NCBI RefSeq assembly: GCF_001194135.2
Contig: NC_068998.1
Span: forward strand, 15,468,248-15,532,247
From: Octopus bimaculoides
Taxonomy: Eukaryota
Length of the DNA stretch: 64,000 nucleotides
Direction of reading: 5' to 3'
The notes under the pieces were generated by a model. The model was not told the origin of the DNA and did not search any database. It worked only from the letters and a program-made list of their open reading frames with translations. Of the stretch, positions 1 through 64,000 are shown one piece after another. How positions within the stretch are numbered: the first letter of the stretch is position 1; every line of letters begins with the position of its first letter. The position numbers were made by a program, and so were the translations under genes.

Positions 1-66
1 TAATATGTTAGAACACAGATCTTGATGATGATGATAATGATGGTGATAAAGTGTGTGTGTGTGTGT

Positions 67-103
<37 letters not shown>

Positions 104-3100
104 CATAAACACAGAAACGGTAACCAGTTTGTTCATATGATTACCAAACATTTACTAAGAAATGCCATCTATTAAATAAAAACTATTTGCTAAACAGGTA
201 TGGAGTAATTTTGTGAGCTAAATGCTTGTTTGTTTCAGATTCCTTCGTTCTAACAATGAAAAGCATGCAAAAAAAAAAAAACAACTTAAACTACATTAAA
301 AAAAAAAAATTTTTTCTCTTCAGCTTAATTACTTCCAAACAAAATATAATTGTAATCCTCCACTATCATTATTAAATGCATTCAGTTTTCTATTTTCTTC
401 CTTTCATTCTGTGAACAGTGTATTCTAAAAGACTTAAATAATAATAATAATTACAAAAATATATCTAGCTGTCATTAATATTTTCAAATGTCATTTTAAA
501 AGAAAGCAAATGTTAAAATAAAATGCTGAGAGAGAAGAAAGGGACTTAGAAAAATTAAGCAAGAAAGACTCCCCCTTGAAATTTTTTTTATTATAGGCAC
601 AAGACCCTATATGTACTAAGTAAGAAGGGATATATATATAGATGTATGTATGTATAATTTACATATTACTGGTCTTATTTTATTGACCTATGAGAAATGA
701 AAATTAAATTCAGTGCCATTGTGCTATAAAGTATATATGTAGCCAAGCTCCTTTGACCTCTGTGCCAACACTATCATATGGCTGTTAAAAAATAATGTAA
801 AAGATGGTAAAATAACAGGAAGTTTATCTTTTAGCAAGTAGGATTAAATAAGAACAGGTAACAATCAAATTATATTAATGGAACAATAAAACTTCAACGT
901 TTCATTATACTTAAAAGATCTACATCATCACATTGTTTCTGGACAGTAAAAAAAAAACCCAACAAAAAAAGTCACTTTCAGGAACCACTTAACAATGGCA
1001 TTGTACAAATTTTAGAAAGAGAGGACCCTACCCAGCCCCAAGATGGACATTATATATATATATATATATAAAAAGGGTGGGTAAATTCATTAATCACTTA
1101 AAAAAAGGGTAAATTGAGCAGAGCACAACAAAACACAAATGAAAATTCAAATCATTAACGTTTCAAAATTTTGGACATTCCAAGTAAAACATTAATTATA
1201 CATAAAACTCTGTGTGTTTGTGAAAGAGAGTGAGCTGTGGGGGAGAATTGGAGGAAGGATATAACAAATAAGCCATGAGGGGCACAAAACACAGATGAAC
1301 AAAAGAGAGAAACAAACTAAAAGGCACAACTTTTCTGTTATACATAGAGAATATACTATGATGCAGTCATGTGGAAATTGGTTATAGAACTTGGAGAAGA
1401 TATATTAATCTAGTCTGGTTCACTTACTGAATACACAAGATAAATAAATATGCATTAAAAATTTGGGGGGGGGGGGGTAGAATGTTTATTAAAAATAAGC
1501 AAATAAATTATTAGAAAATTAAGAGGAAATAAAAATTAAAAAAAGAATTGGGCAGAGACATTCTACATTGCATTTGCTGGAGTCTAATTAGATGACAGAT
1601 AACCATGTATTTACTGAGTATCACAATGCAAAGAAGGAGAAAAGATAATGTCAGAGATCAATTGAAAGAGGAAAACAAGTGGTTGAATGCAGAGAAGAAG
1701 AAAGTGTTTCAATGAAGACCAGGTATATCTCAAACAAAACTCAATAGAGGGAACACACCTGAAAGACTCTCACAGCTTGACAACCAGACAGTATGATTTT
1801 AATTTTTTTTTTTTTTGGACACAAGCAACCACAAGAGAAGAGCATTAAATCTTACAAATGCAATGTATTAAATTATTCTTAAAGAAACTAATGCTTCCAC
1901 TGTTTGAACTACCATGTCAACTGATTTTTAATATTTAGACTGATCCTTTCTCCCATTATCTCTTTAGCAATGAATACTATTAACTTGGACTGAACACCAG
2001 AAACAAATCACATTAGCCTAAGAAGAGATCTCTTTGGAAAAAAAAAAAGAAAAGAAAAAGACTAGGTCNNNNNNNNNNNNNNNNNNNNNNNNNNNNNNNN
2101 NNNNNNNNNNNNNNNNNNNNNNNNNNNNNNNNNNNNNNNNNNNNNNNNNNNNNNNNNNNNNNNNNNNNNNNNNNNNNNNNNNNNNNNNNNNNNNNNNNNN
2201 NNNNNNNNNNNNNNNNNNNNNNNNNNNNNNNNNNNNNNNNNNNNNNNNNNNNNNNNNNNNNNNNNNNNNNNNNNNNNNNNNNNNNNNNNNNNNNNNNNNN
2301 NNNNNNNNNNNNNNNNNNNNNNNNNNNNNNNNNNNNNNNNNNNNNNNNNNNNNNNNNNNNNNNNNNNNNNNNNNNNNNNNNNNNNNNNNNNNNNNNNNNN
2401 NNNNNNNNNNNNNNNNNNNNNNNNNNNNNNNNNNNNNNNNNNNNNNNNNNNNNNNNNNNNNNNNNNNNNNNNNNNNNNNNCTGCAGAAATTTATAAAATC
2501 CTATTTAATTATTTGTCTTTCTAGATCCCAATATCTAACAAAATAATTATTTTTACATTATCTTTCAAAACATAATAATTGATAAAAAGTAATAATAAGA
2601 ATAATTATTGTAATGATAATAAAATTTTTTTTTTTTAAATTGAGGGCATATCAGATTTCTAATTTAGGTTTAGGTGAAGTTACTTACAGTCTTAGAGAAT
2701 GTAAACAAAGCAGGAATACAAATAGTTATTTCGGAGAAGGGAGAGAAGGAAAAGTTATGTTGAAAGGCAGAGAAGAATTTTTTTCTTTTTTTTTCCTTTT
2801 TGTTTACTACTGCCAACAACCATCATACCTGCTGTTTCTAAGACAACAACTTTATACATTTGCTGGTAAGTGCAGATAATTAAGAAATGGTATCTCTTGT
2901 GAAGAGAAACAAAAAAAAAAACAAAACAAAAAAAAAAAACTGTGCACTCTTGCATTTTTACATCTTTGCTTTTTGTTTGTTTTTTTTCTTCTTTTTTCTA
3001 AATGTATTGCTTCTGAAAGCAATCAACTCTTCCCAGTGAGTTTTGATCTAAGAGTTTATTATTTTTTTAATATTTTATCACTCTTGCTACTAATGTTGCT

Positions 3101-3104
3101 GCTA

Positions 3105-3195
3105 ATAATAATGATGATGAAGGTGGTGGTGGAGGTGGTGGTGGTGGTATGATGAAAATGATGATGATGATACTGATTTGATAATGATGATGCCA
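3105..3195. repeat. (GAT)n/(GGT)n trinucleotide tract just after the stop codon (3' UTR)
   Basis: direct reading. Confidence 0.85.
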
Positions 3196-3221
3196 GCTAT
3201 TATCTCGATGTTGCACTATCA

Positions 3222-61074
<57,853 letters not shown>

Positions 61075-61149
61075 TTATAAAATTTCAACTGAGAAGAAAT
61101 CAAGTGATATATATATATATATGTTGTGTCAGGTCACCGAACACCAAGT

Positions 61150-61950
61150 GAAAACGACAACAAGGGGGAGATTTTTCAATGCGCCGCCGTCGTCGTTGCT
61201 GACGAATGTTTAATGGTAGTTGTAAGTTCAATACACTAACTGCTACTGCTATTCCGGTGAAGAATATATATATTTATGTGTGTGTGTTTATAATTACATA
61301 TACATGTATATACTTATATATATATATGTATATATGTGCGTGTGTATGTGTGTGTGTGTATATATGTATTTTTATGGCGTCCGACGATCGACAACCAGCA
61401 ACAAAACACAAAATTCCCGGCGATTTGTAGTTTGCCTTAAAACATTTAGCAATCAAGCAAGTCACCGGGAGTCATTTATCTTTTCCTAGACATAGTAATT
61501 GACAATACGACGCGTGTTTCTTTTTCCGGCGAGCAGGATCTTATTGCGTCGAATCAGACCACATTGTTTGCGGCCATTTTTTTTTCTCCTTTGATGAGAG
61601 TTAAATCTCGTTAAATAACGGGCGGGTTTGTTTCCACACTACGATATTTTAACAGAACAGCGGAACAAAAGAGTAGAGGTATATATAATTCTGTTAACTA
61701 TTAGAATAATGGAATAGCGACCTACATGAACTGATTCGTCATAAAAATACGAGTAGGGAGGAAGAGAATATGAGTAAGAGAGACGAGAGAGGGGTAGTGG
61801 AAACTCAGTTTCTCCCTCCTTCCGCTCCTCTTTCAAGTTTGGCAATTATCTGTTCTAGAATAATCGAATCAACATATAGCGGGATATTGAGATAAATACC
61901 TAACGTCGTAGAGTGGAGGGAAAAAAGGCAAGGTGGAGCAGATTCACTTT
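61150..61950 (-). promoter_or_regulatory. CpG-rich putative promoter / 5' UTR region of the HDGFL2-like gene
   Basis: High CpG density just upstream of the ATG exon; YY1-like AAAATGGCCGC (61570-61580) and GC box GGGCGG (61620-61625); TSS and first donor not locatable. Confidence 0.6.
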
Positions 61951-64000
61951 CGTCGATTGGCAGATTTGTGCATTCTTAATTTTTTTTTCTTGTTAAATCA
62001 GAAAATTAATTCATATTTCATCGAAACATGTAATGGTTTTGATATCTTCAAATAATTAGTCATACAGACCTTATGAGGTTTATGTTATATGTACGTGAAT
62101 GCTTCTTTGAGAAATATAAATTGATAGCACGTGTATGGAGGATGTATTGATATATACATACAGCTGAATCCAGGGAAAAAAGTCACAGGAAAACTTCAAT
62201 AAATTGCTCATTTTTGCTTGTTTTCTTTATTTGTTTCATTGTTTTGTTTAAGATACTGAATAAAATTTTTCTTTCACGTTACGTGTAATGCCATTAGGTA
62301 AATTGTGTACAAGTATTTTCAGTTCATAAGCCACTTAAATTATTTGTTTGTGCTATTATTGATGGTATTTAAATGAAATCTAACATTTTTCCCTGTCCGA
62401 AATTGACTCTATTTTGTGTGACTTACAGATGGATAAACAATTTACAGAAGGGAATTTGGTTGATGAATTCAAATGGAAGATTGCTGTCTTATTCTAAATA
62501 TTTTCCTATGATTTCTTATTGCCTCATTTTATAAAAATAATAATAATAATATAAATTAATGCAGCATAAGAAATTGTTCAACTACAAAGTGGTATCTGGA
62601 TGGTTCTTAAACTGTTCGAGCCGGATCCTCCAGTAAGTTTCGGTTCCCGGTTGAAGCCATTTCGTTTATTTCATGCTGCTGACAACTTGTACAAAGGGCA
62701 TGAACATCACAACGCGGAGTTCCTCTCCCCAATATGTCTAAAACCCTTTTGCTTATATTTTGCAGCAGTTGTAGATTCAATCATAGTTCTGTGACATTCA
62801 CTTGACACAGCTAGTTTTGTAAGATATAGTTGATACAATCGACCCACGATCGTTATTGACAGCTAGCGACTTCACTTGATACTTTATTCTAGTATTTATT
62901 TAAGGGATAAATTGCAAACAGACAGGCAACATTTGAGCTCTGAAAAGCGAAAAACTGAACTTCAGAAACTCTTAAGTCGTTTATTAGACAGGCTATTTAG
63001 AGACTGCCATTACGGCGTACAAGTGGAAAGATTGGAGAACAGAAAATGGATCTATATTTGCTTTAAATGAAAGCAATCGATTGAAAGCAAGACCTTATAG
63101 AGGAAAATATCTATATCATTTAGTTCGAAAATAATATTAGTTTGCTAACTAAGAACACAGGTAAATCAATTCTACTAAACTTATTTTATCGACGCCGGGA
63201 AATAAAAAGCATAGTTGCCCCTTGGGGGGCTTTGTACCAGTAGAGACGAAAAACCTAAATGCTAGAATAATATTCAATGTACAACATTTTGTCAACTCAC
63301 CACCTCCCTTCAATTAATGAGCATTCTTATTAAAGAACAATTTTATTTTATTTATTTATTAGGAAATGGGTATCACCGACCGAATGGAAGTGGTATGTAT
63401 ACAACCGGTACTTTAATTGTATTGACTCCTGTAGGATGAAAGACAAAGTCGACCTCGATGGGAATTTGAAGTCGGTATCACAATGTATGAAACTAAATGC
63501 ATTAATAATCCAACCCTCTATTGTTCGGTCATATCCTAGTTTTCTTTTTAAGTGAAAGAAAACGAGAAATTGAAACATTCATGTCTTTGCCAAGAGAATG
63601 GGTAGTGAAAGTGAAATGAAAATCCTTTTTCTGAAATTGAAAACAGACGGTATGTCTCTTTCAGATAGTTTACCGATTGTTCTATGGCACCCGCCTTGAC
63701 ACTCAGCACATCGAGCCAACAAGGGGGGCCCTCTTATATGCAATGATACAACCCGCTAGAAATAGCAGCCAAGTCGGATCTTTCTCAAATAAATTCTATC
63801 AAAAAAAAAAAAAAAAAAAACATTGGACAGTTTATTCCGAGATATGTAAAAAAAAATTAAAAAAGACGGTATGGTCATGGCTGGAACGCCTTTGAGGGTA
63901 ATTCTGCATAACTAGGGGTTGACTTGGTGGTGTGTATGCGTGATGGGTGCTAAACAACAAACGCTTAGGAAATGGTTATTTATGTACAGTATACTACTTT

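Noticed and set aside
2034-2546. 170-aa ORF, and similar ORFs at 13297-13827 and 23193-23565
   Set aside because: Artefacts of N-gaps in the assembly

Overview
AT-rich eukaryotic genomic DNA with five assembly gaps and many microsatellites. The repeat families look like those of Octopus (inferred from the repeats, not verified). One gene spans almost the whole window on the minus strand: a PWWP + LEDGF/IBD chromatin reader of the HDGFL2/PSIP1 (LEDGF) family. I reconstructed 20 coding exons by hand (ATG at 61059, stop at 3222). All have GT-AG boundaries and compatible phases; they total 3990 nt, or 1329 aa. The protein carries an unusual ~540-aa S/T- then Q/P/H-rich extension after the IBD. 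The introns, including a 27-kb first coding intron, hold a full-length decayed mariner, about 14 TTAA/CCC piggyBac-type MITEs, at least three SINE families, RTE-type LINE fragments (one with a PHD finger inside ORF2), a REL-type LINE relic and a decayed Cys-rich orphan ORF. The most striking unexplained element is a ~250-bp CpG-rich structured island at 40.6-40.85 kb. On the gene's sense strand it carries all hammerhead-ribozyme core motifs and three pairable helices, but in a non-canonical strand order. No prokaryotic features (CRISPR, rRNA, true tRNA genes) were found.
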